Below are positions 26,301 through 38,088 of a DNA stretch of 64,000 nucleotides, one piece after another. Source of the stretch: Yuukianura sp. NJ FZ-2021. Its lineage: Eukaryota. The stretch is taken from NCBI GenBank assembly GCA_046563655.1, contig CM102289.1:6820001-6884000 (forward strand). The letters are read 5' to 3'. The first letter of the stretch is position 1. Each line of letters begins with the position of its first letter. The notes beneath the pieces were generated by a model. The model made no database searches. It had not been told where the DNA came from and saw nothing but the letters and a program-made list of their open reading frames with translations. The translations under genes were made by a program, and so were the position numbers.

Positions 26301-29300
26301 CCTCCACTACTGCAGAGCTTAATGATGGCCACCTTCCGCTCCATGAGGCTCCTCCATTTTCAAAATTGAGCGCCACCTCCAAATCCCTTTGCACTTTTTT
26401 TCCATTTCCTTTGAAACTCTTTTGTCCTCTACGGTTAATCAATATGCTAAAAGAAACTAAGTCCTCCTGAGTTCATTTTGGTTATGCGGGAGAGAAAAGA
26501 AAGCCTCCGGAGGTTAGGCTCGGCAGGAAGTGAAGGTGTATTATTAAATTGAATTTATCAGCGGAGCTTCCAGGTAATGTGATCTGGTGAGAAGTTCTTT
26601 GCATTGAAATGAGATACTTAACAGGGAAGAGGTGAGAGGTGTAGTCACACTTGTGGGAGTCATTGATTAGTGGGAGGTTCGCTTTCTTCACTTTCCGAGG
26701 ACTTTTACTGAAAAAGTTCTGAAAAGCGGTGAAAGTTGGGCTGTTGGAAGTGAAAGGGAAGATGTGATGGCGGGAGAATATCAATTTGAAAGGGCAGGAG
26801 TTAATGCACCTTGTCGCTTCCATCCCCCAGTAAAGCAAAGTCAACAGTAGGCAGAAACCTACGGAAAGAGAAAGTTGAAACGAGGTCATGGGTCAAGAAA
26901 CTCAAATAAAGTATAACTACAAGAAGATAAACATAGAGTAGAACGCTGGTTATAAACATGGCGCTGAGGTCAATGACCTCAGCAGTCATTCAACTTACAC
27001 AAAAGATATGATCTGGAACAGAAAAAAAGTACAATTTTCAAAATTTTTGGGACATTTAAATTCACGAAGGAAAAGTTCCAAATAAGTTTTTTTTAAAGCA
27101 TGTAGAATTTCATACTGTTGGATTTTTTGTCAAATCGAGCAAAATCTGAACTAATTTTAATGCTTTTTTCTGGAAGCGTGGAACGTCTTAGCAGGATTTT
27201 TGTTTTCAAGTCAACCTCTTGCCTCCCTTGTCGTCGTTTTTGAAAATTTTGATTTAATCATGGTTAAAAATTGAATTAAACGCACACTTTTGTGTTGCGG
27301 AAAGTGAAAGGCGGCGAGAGAAACCAATCAAAAACCGCCAGTTTTAATTATTTAATGAAAGAAAGCTCTAACCTAGACGGGTGAGAAAGTTATGCAAATG
27401 AAAGCACGGCTGCCACCAACGGTTCCCAGACGGGCTTTGATACTACGTTTATTGACTTCGGAGCAGAGAAAGCACTTAAGACAAAACTTAATTGTGGGAA
27501 CAGCAGTTAGTAATTACTACAATTTCAAAACGTAAAGTAGCATAACGGAATTACACTACAAACTAAGCCAATGGAAATGTTTTGTTACAGGAGGTCAAAG
27601 GTCAGCCAGAGCAAGCACATCAGTCACATCCCTGTTCTCTATTTTGCTCAAAAGCTTTATATATTTTAAACATTCTTTTTTTACATTTTTGCTAATCAAG
27701 TCTATCTTTATTTCCTTTTGAAATTTTGTTAAAGTGAAACCACAAATCTAGGTGAGCCTTTATTGCTAGCCCTTTTATCAAGTACAATAACGTTTGTCGT
27801 TTCATTTCTGTTGTATAGATCAGTCTTTATAGTTTTACTTTTGACTTGAGTAAAAGTTTTTGCTAAAGTAACCAAGAGGAAACTACAGAAAATTTCGGCA
27901 GCAAAAATTTTCTAACTAGATCTCATCAATCTCCGCTGGGAATTCTTTCGAAAGATTTCTCATTTTGAAAAGTAACCAAAGTTACAGAGTTAATATGAAG
28001 CACTGGATCCATCAAAGTATTGTGCCATCACTTTCCTTACACTCTTGGCCTCTTGTCGTAGTCTCTGACCACCCATCACATCCGATTTGCGTTTGGCTTT
28101 CTCCATGACCCTAGATTGAGGTCATGAGGTTCAACATATTTTGTAGAGTAAAATGTTATGGTCCATCTGAGAATTTCACGTTCGTTTTGTTCCTGGATGA
28201 CAATGATGCGGAAGGACGTAAAAGCGAGAAAGCTACTCGTGGTTTTGTGGAAATTGCACTTTGCTGGGAAAATGAAATAAGGAAAGCAAGCATGAAACAC
28301 GAAAGAGAAGAGGAGTTTTTCGGCGGTGAAAGTTGAAAGAAAGGAGCGGCAATCTCGAAATCTAAATTTGAGTAACCCTCCATGTAAATAATATTATCAT
28401 ACCAACCTCTAACTTTTGTAAAATAAAATTCAGCCTACGCTAAACCTAGCCTCGACATAACATATTCCATTACTAAAAGGAAACCGTTGCCACTTCCGGA
28501 TAAATGAAGAAACGGAATTGCGTTTAAATGGAACGGATCAGCTTACGCGGTTGACATGAATGCAACTTTAAACATACATTCGCTATACAATGGAATCGTA
28601 TTTCTTTCAGTGTTTTGAAAATATTGTTCCAGAATTTCCGGCTTAAAACCAAAATTGCAAAACGTCAACCAAAAAACATGTTTTGAGACGAGATTTTAGA
28701 AACTCTAAGTAATTTTTAACTGTTTGAACAAGGCATTGACTTTCTCACACAAAAAATTTGAGTATGTTTAAGTTTAAGTTTATTATTCTGAAAGTTTCCT
28801 ATAATCATAGGTTATTACACTTCAGCACTTATAAGTTTTTTTTACAATACTTGTTAGATCACTTAATTGGAGTATGTTTTAAAAGGTTTAGATTATTAAA
28901 ATTATTAAAATTAAGAATGGTGTACATTGGTAGAAATGTTATTACAATTATGATTTTTTTTAAAGTAGGTAGTTAATTAAATTAAGGAGTTTAAGTTACG
29001 CAGTAGGTGATGATGAATATGGTTCAGGATTATCAGCATGTTGGGCATTTGATAATTTGCTTGTTTATGTTTATGTTTTGGACGGATTTACAATAAATAC
29101 TAAACTGTTGATGGTAGTAAATAACAAAATTAAACAATTCTAAGCATAATTTGAATTAATATAAACTAAAGTTATGAGACTCAAAATACTTTTTTTCATG
29201 TTAGGGTTTTGCACTCTTGCTTCGTGAACTTTTAGAAAAGTTTCAAAAATCCAAACCCTTATGAAATGAGCGTGCCTAACTACAAGTTACGAACTTTTGA

Positions 29301-30384
29301 TTGCTTCCAATTAACTTTTCGCACGCTTTGGAATACTTTTTGTATAGTTGCAACTGTTCTGTTCCCCGACCAAACCTCACAATAAAGTTAAGTCTGAGTT
29401 TCAGAATGAACTTTTTTCGGTCACTCTACTATTGTTAAGTTACTTTCTCCAAGTGATTTCAATCCTCTTCAGTAAGTAAGAAGGGAAAGCAGTGACAAGA
29501 AACCAACTAGTACTGGAACAATTTTTAGAAAAAAGTTGTGTAGGTGGAGATCCCAAAGTTTCTGCGAGGCTTTTCCACTAAAAGTCTTTTTTCTTAAGGA
29601 AGAAAGTTGGTACGTAAAGTTTTGGTTGTTGTCTAATGATGATGTCGTCCTTTGTCATCGTCTCATAACTCAGAAACGGCCGAAAGACCATATTCTTCAC
29701 TTAAAAAAAGTAAAGACTTTATGAAACTTCTTTCTTGTGGGAAAAAATAAAGTGACAAGTGAAAGTGAGAAGAAAGTCTTCTGTTAGAAAGTGACAAAGT
29801 TTGCACACACAAAAAAATGCTTAGAAACAAGCATAGATTTGAAACTCCCGCCAACAAACCGGAACCCACAGTGACGCTTGTACAAATTCGAATTTCAAAA
29901 AAAGCATACCGTGTGGGCATGTAGGTCAAATTTTGTGTTTTAATGGAAATTAAGGGGAATATTTTTTGAAAACTGAGTTGTTTTGTGTACATTTCTGTAA
30001 ACTTTGATAGCAATTTGTAATACTTACTCGTAATTGATTTGTGAAAAAAAAATTGTAAGATTCACAGGGCTTGTTAATGTATAAAGGAACAGTTTTAAAA
30101 CTAACTTTATGCGCCTTGTACATTCAGGTTTTCATATTTGGAGTATTAAACAAAACAAATTTTCAAAATTGTAAAACCCAAAGACGTTGAACGTGGAATC
30201 CTAGTGAACAGTCAAAACTTTGCATTCAAATGGTTTTTAACACAAAGTAAAGGCCTCGTTGGTAGCTATTAATAATTTCTGTTCCTTTTCTGAAGTTCTC
30301 ATGAGGCAAATTCCGTAGTTTATCCTGAAGGTAATATTTTGGTAGACTTACTCTGTAGAGCTCGGGAATTTTGATTTCACAAAA

Positions 30385-31082
30385 ATGGGGACTATGTACT
30401 TGGACCCGGTCGTTCGAGATGTGACAAAGAATCCCCAACGTTTGATTTCCGGTTGGAGAATTGCCATAACCTACAACTATGAACAAGGACATCTTTCTTT
30501 TAGACTAACGTTCGGTAAATGAAAATGCAATTTAACAACAAAAAAATTGGCGCATAAATTGTTGTAACATGTATAATTTTTTCACTTCAGACGATTTTGA
30601 AAAGGCTGCAGCCCATTTTGGTATAGACGGTGATTGTCTAATACATATATGTTCGGCCACGAACATGCTAAAAATCCGGGGACTAATGCATTTAAACGGC
30701 AAATCGATATTGGAGGAGCAGGAGTATCACCTCGAATTTGACAAATTTGGTATGATTGATTAATACAACTTATAAAACTAATGTTAACTGCGAAATCACG
30801 ATTCCGAATTCGTTGAAACCTTGAAAAAGTTGAAATCAAAAAAACTGGTTTTGCTTTTAGACTACCCACTTGCGATGCTTATGTTGAGCTTCGCAATGCA
30901 TAGCGGAGAGTCGAATGCATTCGTAAGTTGAGCTGAAATATTTCATTTACTAACTGTATTTCAGTAATAAATTGAAAATTAATATTAAAGAACTTATGAA
31001 TTAGCTTACCAATCAGTTATTTAGTAAATGCTTACTTTACTTTTTATTTTAGATTCACGACGCATGTAGCAGGGGCCTTTGA
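30385..31082 (+). CDS. Orphan protein, copy 1; 4 exons (30385-30514, 30591-30749, 30861-30922, 31053-31082), 126 aa
   Basis: AAAATGG start context and three GT-AG introns give an open spliced frame MGTMYLDPVVRDVTKNPQ...FEKAAAHFGIDG...KIRGLMHLNGKSIL...IHDACSRGL*. Exon phases match the paralogue. Confidence 0.75.
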
Positions 31083-31175
31083 AAACATGTAAAATTGTCA
31101 AATGAAAAAGAGAATAACGTTTAGTATTTATTTAAACCCTATTACAGATAGCTGGACTCAGATGTTCCTTACTAG

Positions 31176-31311
31176 CTAAATATTTTTTATAAAGTTTGAA
31201 TAAATATTTTCTGCAGGCTGTTCGGCTAATTTCTTTGACCCTTTGGCCTAAGACTTCAATTGCAAATACTCCTATAGTTAAACTCGACATGCTTAGCGGA
31301 AATCCAAAAGC
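31176..31311 (-). pseudogene. Duplicated 3' fragment of the ionotropic receptor gene (last TM and C-terminal tail)
   Basis: ctaaatattttttataaagtttgaataaata...gacttcaattgcaaatactcctatagttaaactcgacatgctta matches 33031-33165. No upstream IR sequence is present. Confidence 0.8.
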
Positions 31312-32150
31312 TTATGGAGCTTCCTTTTTCTTTTCGAAAAAATAAAGTGACGACAACTGATGAAAGTGAGAAGAGCGTCTTAGGTTAGAAAGTGACAAAG
31401 TTTGCGAAAAAAATTGCTTTAGAAACAAGAATAGATTTGAAAACTGCCGCCTCCCCGCTGGAAGCTACAGCGACGCTTGTAGAAACTAGACTCCAATTTA
31501 GAAACGGCTTTTGGTGTTGTAATATTTTGTTCAAACTTTGTGTTTTGATTAAAACAAAAGGATAATGTTTTCTAAAAAATGATTTTTTATCAGCTTGGAT
31601 AGAAATTTGTAATCCTTGCTCGTGATTTGTGATAGCCAAGCAATTGTACGATTCATTGATCTTTGTTTTGTACACTTAAAACTTAGCTTTAAATAGGTAA
31701 CAAATTACGTCACTTCTTGGTTTTGATGTTTAAAGTTTTGATTGAGGAAAGGCGTTAACGCTCTGGGAGACAACAATCTTCAGCTACACGGATTAATAAT
31801 ATCCCGGAGTTTCTAGTTGCATTTATTGAAACCGCATTTATCGAACATTGCTTCATTTGTATGAGTTTATTTCATGAATTGCATGCAAAATGTTAGATTA
31901 TGTTATATACTATATGCTGTAGCATTCAATTTTTGGTTTCAAACAGAAAAAATTTTCAAAATCGTTTTTACCAACTTTTGAGCGAGTTTTACAATGCAAC
32001 AGTTTTTTTTTTGAAGAGAAACAAAGAAAAGGGTTTCCTTCTAGCTATTAATAATTTCTGTTCCTTTTCTGAAATTTTCATGCACCAAATTCCGTTGTTT
32101 ATTCTGAAGGTAGATTTGTTAGAGCTAATCGAAATTTCCATCTCGCAAAA

Positions 32151-32901
32151 ATGGTAATTGTAAGTATAAAGCATCGTGTTGTAGTCGTTCGAGATGTGAC
32201 AAGAAATCCTCGAAGTTCGGTATATGGGTGGACATTTACAATACGGTACAAGGGTGAACCAAGATATGTTTCCTTTAGACTAATGTCCGGTAAGTGAAAA
32301 TGAAAAAGCAATTTATCAAAACATTTTGCATAAATTATTTTAGCCTCTTACCTACAATTTGTGCCACTTCAGAAAATATGGAAAAGGCCGCAGGCCATTT
32401 TGGTGTAGACGGTAATTGTGCCATAGAGATTAAGATGAACATAATAAAGATCCGGGGACTAATGCATTTAAACGGCAAATCTATACTGGAATACCAAGAG
32501 TATCACATCCAACATCATGGCAGATTTGGTATGTTTGAATAATGCAAATGTAAAATAACCAATTTTAATGACAAAATTAAAATTTCAAAATTGTTGAAAC
32601 TCTGAAAAAATTGAAATAAACACACTGTGTTCGCTGCTTTAGGTTTCACAGATGCGTGGATTATGTTGAGGTTAGCTGTAAGCGATGGAACTACAAATGC
32701 ATTAGTAAGTTGAGCTAAAACAATTGAATCTGTAATCAGTTCTTTTATACCAAAACAGAAACTCATAATTTAATAATAATTTGCAAAGCAGTACTAAACA
32801 TGTAACTGCTTATTTATTAATTTTATCAATGAGATTTTGGTAAATATTTAATACCTTAATTTCATTCTTAGATTCACAATTCATGTGGCAGGGGTCTTTG
32901 A
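32151..32901 (+). CDS. Orphan protein, copy 2; 4 exons (32151-32289, 32373-32528, 32643-32704, 32872-32901), 128 aa
   Basis: Spliced frame MVIVSIKHRVVVVRDVTRNPR...MEKAAGHFGVDG...KIRGLMHLNGKSIL...IHNSCGRGL*. Exon length differences from copy 1 are multiples of 3. Confidence 0.75.
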
Positions 32902-33030
32902 AAACATGCTAATTTTTCAGAATAATTTTATAAGAAAAATGATTTGCTAATTTTCAAATAAAACAGGCTGAGGTTGATAAAAGCACTTTTTTGCAGTTGG
33001 TCTAAACTGGATTATGATCTTATTTACTAG

Positions 33031-35040
33031 CTAAATATTTCTATAAAGTTTGAATAAATATTTTTTACAAACGTTGCGGCTAATTTCCTTGACTCTTTGA
33101 CCTAGGACTTCAATTGCAAATACTCCTATAGTTAAACTCGACATGCTTAACACAAATCCGAAGGCACCTAATAAACTACTGAGACCCAATGCTTTAATAC
33201 CCACTTCAGCATAGTCGTCATAAACTTCCAAAATTTTCTGACTCACAATTGACTTCTCTCCTTCTTTCAACCACTTTGAGCCGCCACTTTTCAATCGAAT
33301 GGCGTCATATTCAGTCCATTTATTTACAAGTCCGGAGGAAAAAGTCCGAAGTAAATACGTTTCAAATGGAGCCACTAGTGGAGAAAACCGGCGAAATAGC
33401 CATGAGGGATAAGCTGCCAAAAGTGATTCTTCCGACTTCAGCAGCAGCTTGTTTTGTTCCAGTGTACGGACAGTTGCATTACGGTAAACGACATAACGTC
33501 CATGAGAATCCCAGTCAAGACATGCGGATTTTTCTGTCAAGATGGCTCCTACAATGCAGTCAGTTGAAGAGTTGACTAATGTTGAGCGCCGAAGTATCGT
33601 TTTTGTAATTGGATCTTTGGATTCAACTGCTTCACGGTATGCAATTCCCCCATAGTAACGGAAAAACAGATTATAGTTCATGTCAATAAGATCCTTATGT
33701 GTAGTAGGTACTTCTGGAGGAATTGTAAATGATAGATAGTAGATTAAGCGTGACCTGTAGCCTGCCCCCAAAATCAAACAAACTAAAAACCACCCTACAA
33801 TTACTATTTTTGCATATCTGTTGCTCCACACTCTACCAGATACAGGTTGGTCCAACAGAATTGCCAAAATAGAACCGGCTACCCCGCCCAACTTTTTCAT
33901 TTTGTCCAAAGTTTGTGAATTTTGTTTAGTGAAAATCAATTCTGGTCCCAGAAGACAAACTGTACAGGCAAAACTGGTACAAATTCCTGTTAAGAACAGT
34001 AGAAGCCAAAGGTTGAAATGAAAAGCAAACAGCAAACGTTTCGAACTGTTTTCAGCCCGTGGAATTCGAATGAAGAATTGACGCAGAGTGGGTTCAAATG
34101 GAAATGCATTGTCGACAACAAATAATCGATCTGCATCTATCCCTCCGCCAAAAGCAAAATCAGCTCGTCGATTTACGACGTCTCCAACAGCGCCATGCCA
34201 TTCACCGTCTTTCTTGAACCCAGTGGCTCCGTTATTACTGGACGTCCATAATTTGAACGTAAAATTATAGCGCCGAGAAGCTTCATGTAGAACGTCATAG
34301 TAGAATCCCGATCCATCTAGGCGTATGTACAACGGAGCATTCGCACAGGAAATTTGAAACTGTTTGCCATTCAAGAGGAGCCATTTCGACTGTTTCAAAA
34401 TTTTTAAAGTTTCAGCCAAAATAGTGTTATGTAACTCTTGCACCGAAACTGGAATTTCATGAAACTGTTGAGAAAGTGAACTGTTTAGAGCATAAAAGCT
34501 TTTAAAGCGGAAATCTTCAAAAACAGTTTTTCGAAAATCATACGCTTTGTTTTCCCTCGAAATTACCAAAAACACATCTTTGTGTGACCTAATAACTTCC
34601 GTACTAAAAAGTTGATTCAAAATTTTAGTGTGAAGTGAAAGACTGTCAGTAAAGCCATTGATATTTGACTGTTGTCCAAGAAATATGAGTACAATTTGAC
34701 ACTGCGCAGTGTAGCGGATTTGAGTCAAGTATTTAGGTATGACCCAGACAATAGGTTCATGCGATTTGGTCGGAACAGAAACAGCTTCAAAAATGACAAC
34801 TGGGTTCAGTTGTCTATGCTTTCTGTAAAAGAATTCAAAATCTTGTTCCACTTTAGCAAGATTTGAAAAAATCGTTACCTGAGTGCTACATAATGAACTT
34901 TCACTGGTGGGATTCCACCGTCCAAAATTCTTTTGGTTAAAACCTTTTAACTGGTAATAAATATGCTTTTCATTGACATTACTATCCACTTGATTTAAAA
35001 GTGTTTGAAGCACAAGAACACAATTTAGAAAAGACTTCAT
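33031..35040 (-). CDS. Divergent ionotropic receptor (IR, iGluR-related chemoreceptor), intronless; probable ATG at 35040 (MKSFLNCVLVLQ...), alternative ATG at 35073
   Basis: Uninterrupted ~670-aa ORF. S1 lobe motif GEWHGAVGDVVNRRADFAFG, M1 (FHFNLWLLLFLTG), M3 (WFLVCLILGAGYRSRLIYYLS), S2 (SSGLVNKW) and M4 (LSSLLGAFGFVL). Single-exon structure is typical of divergent IRs. Confidence 0.88.
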   Translation of the reverse strand: MKSFLNCVLVLQTLLNQVDSNVNEKHIYYQLKGFNQKNFGRWNPTSESSLCSTQVTIFSNLAKVEQDFEFFYRKHRQLNPVVIFEAVSVPTKSHEPIVWVIPKYLTQIRYTAQCQIVLIFLGQQSNINGFTDSLSLHTKILNQLFSTEVIRSHKDVFLVISRENKAYDFRKTVFEDFRFKSFYALNSSLSQQFHEIPVSVQELHNTILAETLKILKQSKWLLLNGKQFQISCANAPLYIRLDGSGFYYDVLHEASRRYNFTFKLWTSSNNGATGFKKDGEWHGAVGDVVNRRADFAFGGGIDADRLFVVDNAFPFEPTLRQFFIRIPRAENSSKRLLFAFHFNLWLLLFLTGICTSFACTVCLLGPELIFTKQNSQTLDKMKKLGGVAGSILAILLDQPVSGRVWSNRYAKIVIVGWFLVCLILGAGYRSRLIYYLSFTIPPEVPTTHKDLIDMNYNLFFRYYGGIAYREAVESKDPITKTILRRSTLVNSSTDCIVGAILTEKSACLDWDSHGRYVVYRNATVRTLEQNKLLLKSEESLLAAYPSWLFRRFSPLVAPFETYLLRTFSSGLVNKWTEYDAIRLKSGGSKWLKEGEKSIVSQKILEVYDDYAEVGIKALGLSSLLGAFGFVLSMSSLTIGVFAIEVLGQRVKEISRNVCKKYLFKLYRNI

Positions 35041-35531
35041 CGCTGCAAGGAATGCAATTCCAAAGTGAGTCATTGACAGAAAGTGCATACCAATAACGTA
35101 AAGAAGTGTTAAATATTTTGCTTTTTAGTGCGATTAATCTGACACATATACGTGTGTCAATCATTTCGAAAGTAATTGAAATTATTCGATTATGAAATGG
35201 ACTGGAAATTTTTTTTGGTTAGGCTTTTTTGACATTTATTACTGGGATTACCATAAATAAAGTATAACAATTATACTAAAACATTACAACATAGCACAGC
35301 AGAATGAGCATTCAGTTTTTAGTGAAGTGTGAATTTTTTCAGATAAATGAGATAAACTTCCTTTGATATTCCAATATAAATATTGTATCGGTCTTACATT
35401 ATTCAAACTTAACTGGCAAGTTAGCCTTGGGCAACGCAATATTAAAATAAAACTTTAAAATATAGTTAATCAAGTCTGTATTGTTCAAAAAACAAACTGC
35501 CCTTTGTTCGTCAATGTCGATATTGCGGTAC

Positions 35532-36032
35532 TAGGGGTGGGAAAGTTCCGTTTCGTTTCGTTTCCCGATAGAAACAGAAACGGAACGGAACAGCGAATGC
35601 GGAAACAGAAACGGAACAGAAATTTTTAGCATGGAACGAAACGAAACAGAAACGGAACTGGAACGGAACTGGAACAAGAAATCCCTGCTGTGCATAGCAA
35701 ACGCTTACAAAAGTATCTCAGCCGTCAATTTCGAAAGTTTGTAAATGTACCAGTTCGCCATTTCAGTCGCTAACAATATCCTAAGCATACGGGAAATATG
35801 TTAAAAACTCAATTTTGTCGTTAGGTTTTACCACCGAAAATCCCGGAAGAGGAAGAAAATTCTTCCTTTCTGTTCCAGTTCCGTTTCTAACCTTTGGAAC
35901 AGGAACAGAAGCGGATGGAACAGAAACGAAACGGAACTGGATTTTCTGTTCCAAAAAATTATGGAACAGAAACGAAACGGAACTGGAACAGAGGCTGTTC
36001 CGTTTCTTGGAACTGGAACTTTCCCACCCCTA
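35532..36032. mobile_element. Non-autonomous hAT-superfamily element (MITE), 501 bp
   Basis: Perfect 18-bp TIRs TAGGGGTGGGAAAGTTCC / GGAACTTTCCCACCCCTA. Perfect 8-bp TSD TGCGGTAC at 35524-35531 and 36033-36040. Subterminal GGAAC/GAAAC repeats. Confidence 0.93.
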
Positions 36033-36250
36033 TGCGGTACCTTGCCCTACTGGTACCGCAACGTTAAAGAAATCGAAGGTCAATTGATATTACGTAAAGT
36101 TCAAACAGTGCCGGAAATTTTATTATGCTTTGTGCTATTGCGTTGTAGTGAAAATGGCATGTCAAAAAGGCTGGACGCTTCCCAAATCATTCTATTTGCA
36201 AACTTTACGTAACCACTTCTTGTTTTAAACAATTTTTTTAAACTTTGGAA

Positions 36251-36797
36251 ATGCAGGGCGTCATTTTCCCAACAGTTTTTGTTTTTTCGTTGTGCCTATT
36301 TTTGCGTTTGGCTGAAGGTGCATATTTCGAAATGAAGGAGGGCAGGGGTTCAGACACATTTGTGTTTGAATTACGAGATGAAGCTAAAATCAAACTCGCA
36401 CGAGATATAGTAGCTGGAAAGGAGAAGACGCAAACGCATGTGGCAGGACGAATTATCAAAAGAAAGGTACCCTACAATCCAAAATGGAGTTTTCATTTTG
36501 GTAAGTTGTATAAATAAAATGTTTTGTAGTACCAAATATTAATTGACAAAAATGAGCCAAAGCTGAAATTATTTCTTCCAGGAAATATCTAGAAAATTAA
36601 AAGTTACTTTGAGTTCATGATTATTTTGAAAAACAGATCCCGACACAATTCACTTTTTTGACATGGCCATTGAAGTTTGCGATGCAAGCTTGCCTTATGT
36701 TGAAGAGCACTTGGATGAAGCGGGTGGGCCATTCCTCCCAGGAAATCATTGGTGTCCATGGAGTTCCATTGTCGTCAAAGAAATTATTCCAAATTAA
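36251..36797 (+). CDS. Small secreted BP74-related / Dictyostelium CaM-BP15-like protein, copy 1; 2 exons (36251-36500, 36637-36797), 136 aa
   Basis: Signal peptide, then AYFEM...TFVFEL.D..KI..AR...[66 protein letters not shown] recognise this motif pattern from bacterial BP74-related proteins. Phase-1 GT-AG intron. Confidence 0.85.
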
Positions 36798-37225
36798 ATT
36801 AAAAAAAAAGGCAATCATGAGTAAGCAAAATTAGAGTTCCGGTGCCTAAACTTCTAGAAAGGCTTCTGAAAGGATCATCTTTTTGTTTAACTTCCAATTT
36901 TCCCACTATACTTTCCATCAATTTCAAATTATCACCACAATTTCAGGTATTGTTCACATTTGATTGACGGGTTGTCAATATTGACAACTCCTTTCGGAGG
37001 AATATATTTTGGCAGGATTTTTTGTCTGTGTTTCTGCAACAAGGAAATTTATAACTGCGGACTACATTTGTCTATAAATTAGAATGTCAACAAACCAGAC
37101 AAAACATTTTCACAGTTTGCACAATTCGTTACACCAAAACACAACTTCGCTTCCAACTTTATTTAATCCAGTTGTGTCTATTGCATTTAGCATAGTTGAT
37201 AGTAAGTTTACAAGAACTATTACAA

Positions 37226-37774
37226 ATGGGGCCAAAGGTCGCAGAACTGGTGCTATGTGTGCTGTTGTTTGACATTACTCGGGCAGCTTACTTTGCTATG
37301 GACGATGGATCTAGATCGCCAAAGACATTTGTCGTTGAAATTACTGACAACAGGAAAATAAACCACGCAAGATCCCTTATCAATGGAACAACAAAAAGTT
37401 CTCCACATATTATCGGCACCATTGTGAAACGCAAAACAAGTTACAACAAAAACTGGGGATTTCACATAGGTAAGTAAGTTTTAACATTTTAGCACATTGT
37501 TAAATAATATTACTACTAAACAAATTACTACTTCTGAACAAAGAAACTTTCAATTTTTAATTGTAACAAAATGGTTCCTTGGCTGTATAATTTTGTCTAC
37601 TTTTGTTTAGATCCACGGACGCTCGACTTTTTTGAAATAGCAATTGAAGTATGTGATGCATCGACGGACTACGTACAAGAACATTTGAGGGAGGCTTGCG
37701 GGGCCTTTCTTCCTGGTTGCACTTGGTGTCCCTGGGAATCTACACTTGTGAAAGAAATTCATATCAGGGCATAA
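37226..37774 (+). CDS. Small secreted BP74-related protein, copy 2; 2 exons (37226-37469, 37611-37774), 135 aa
   Basis: Signal peptide, then AYFAM...[65 protein letters not shown]. The intron is at the same position and phase as in copy 1. TATAAA at 37073. Confidence 0.85.
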
Positions 37775-38088
37775 TAGGGAGTTTGCGTTATAAACAAATT
37801 ACAGAACTTATAGAAATTATAGAAAGTATAGAATTTATAGAATTGAATTATGCGCTGACGTCACTCCTCAAAGTTTTCCAATTTATAGAATTTATAAGCA
37901 CGGTACATAAGTCCCATAAATGAGGAAATTTTGTGCCGTATCGTGACTGAAATCGACCAATCGCGAGAGCCGTAACAAAGAGGATTGGAATGAGTAGAAA
38001 GTAGCTTTCCAACTGTAGATGCAACCTTGTCTCTTAGGATTAGTACTGAATTGTAAGATCCAAAATAAAGTTGTTGCTGTGTTTTTTT

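Larger units (their letters stand above)
29740..33165. repeat. Tandem segmental duplication with ~1.6-1.8 kb units (~29740-31320 and ~31335-33165)
   Basis: Both units start with aaataaagtgac...gaaagtgagaag...gttagaaagtgacaaagtttgc (near 29745 and 31340). Both contain the same gene exons and end in the ionotropic-receptor 3' sequence. Confidence 0.9.

Noticed and set aside
35815..36212. ORFs 35815..36087 and 35961..36212
   Set aside because: They are translations of MITE subterminal repeats, not a transposase.
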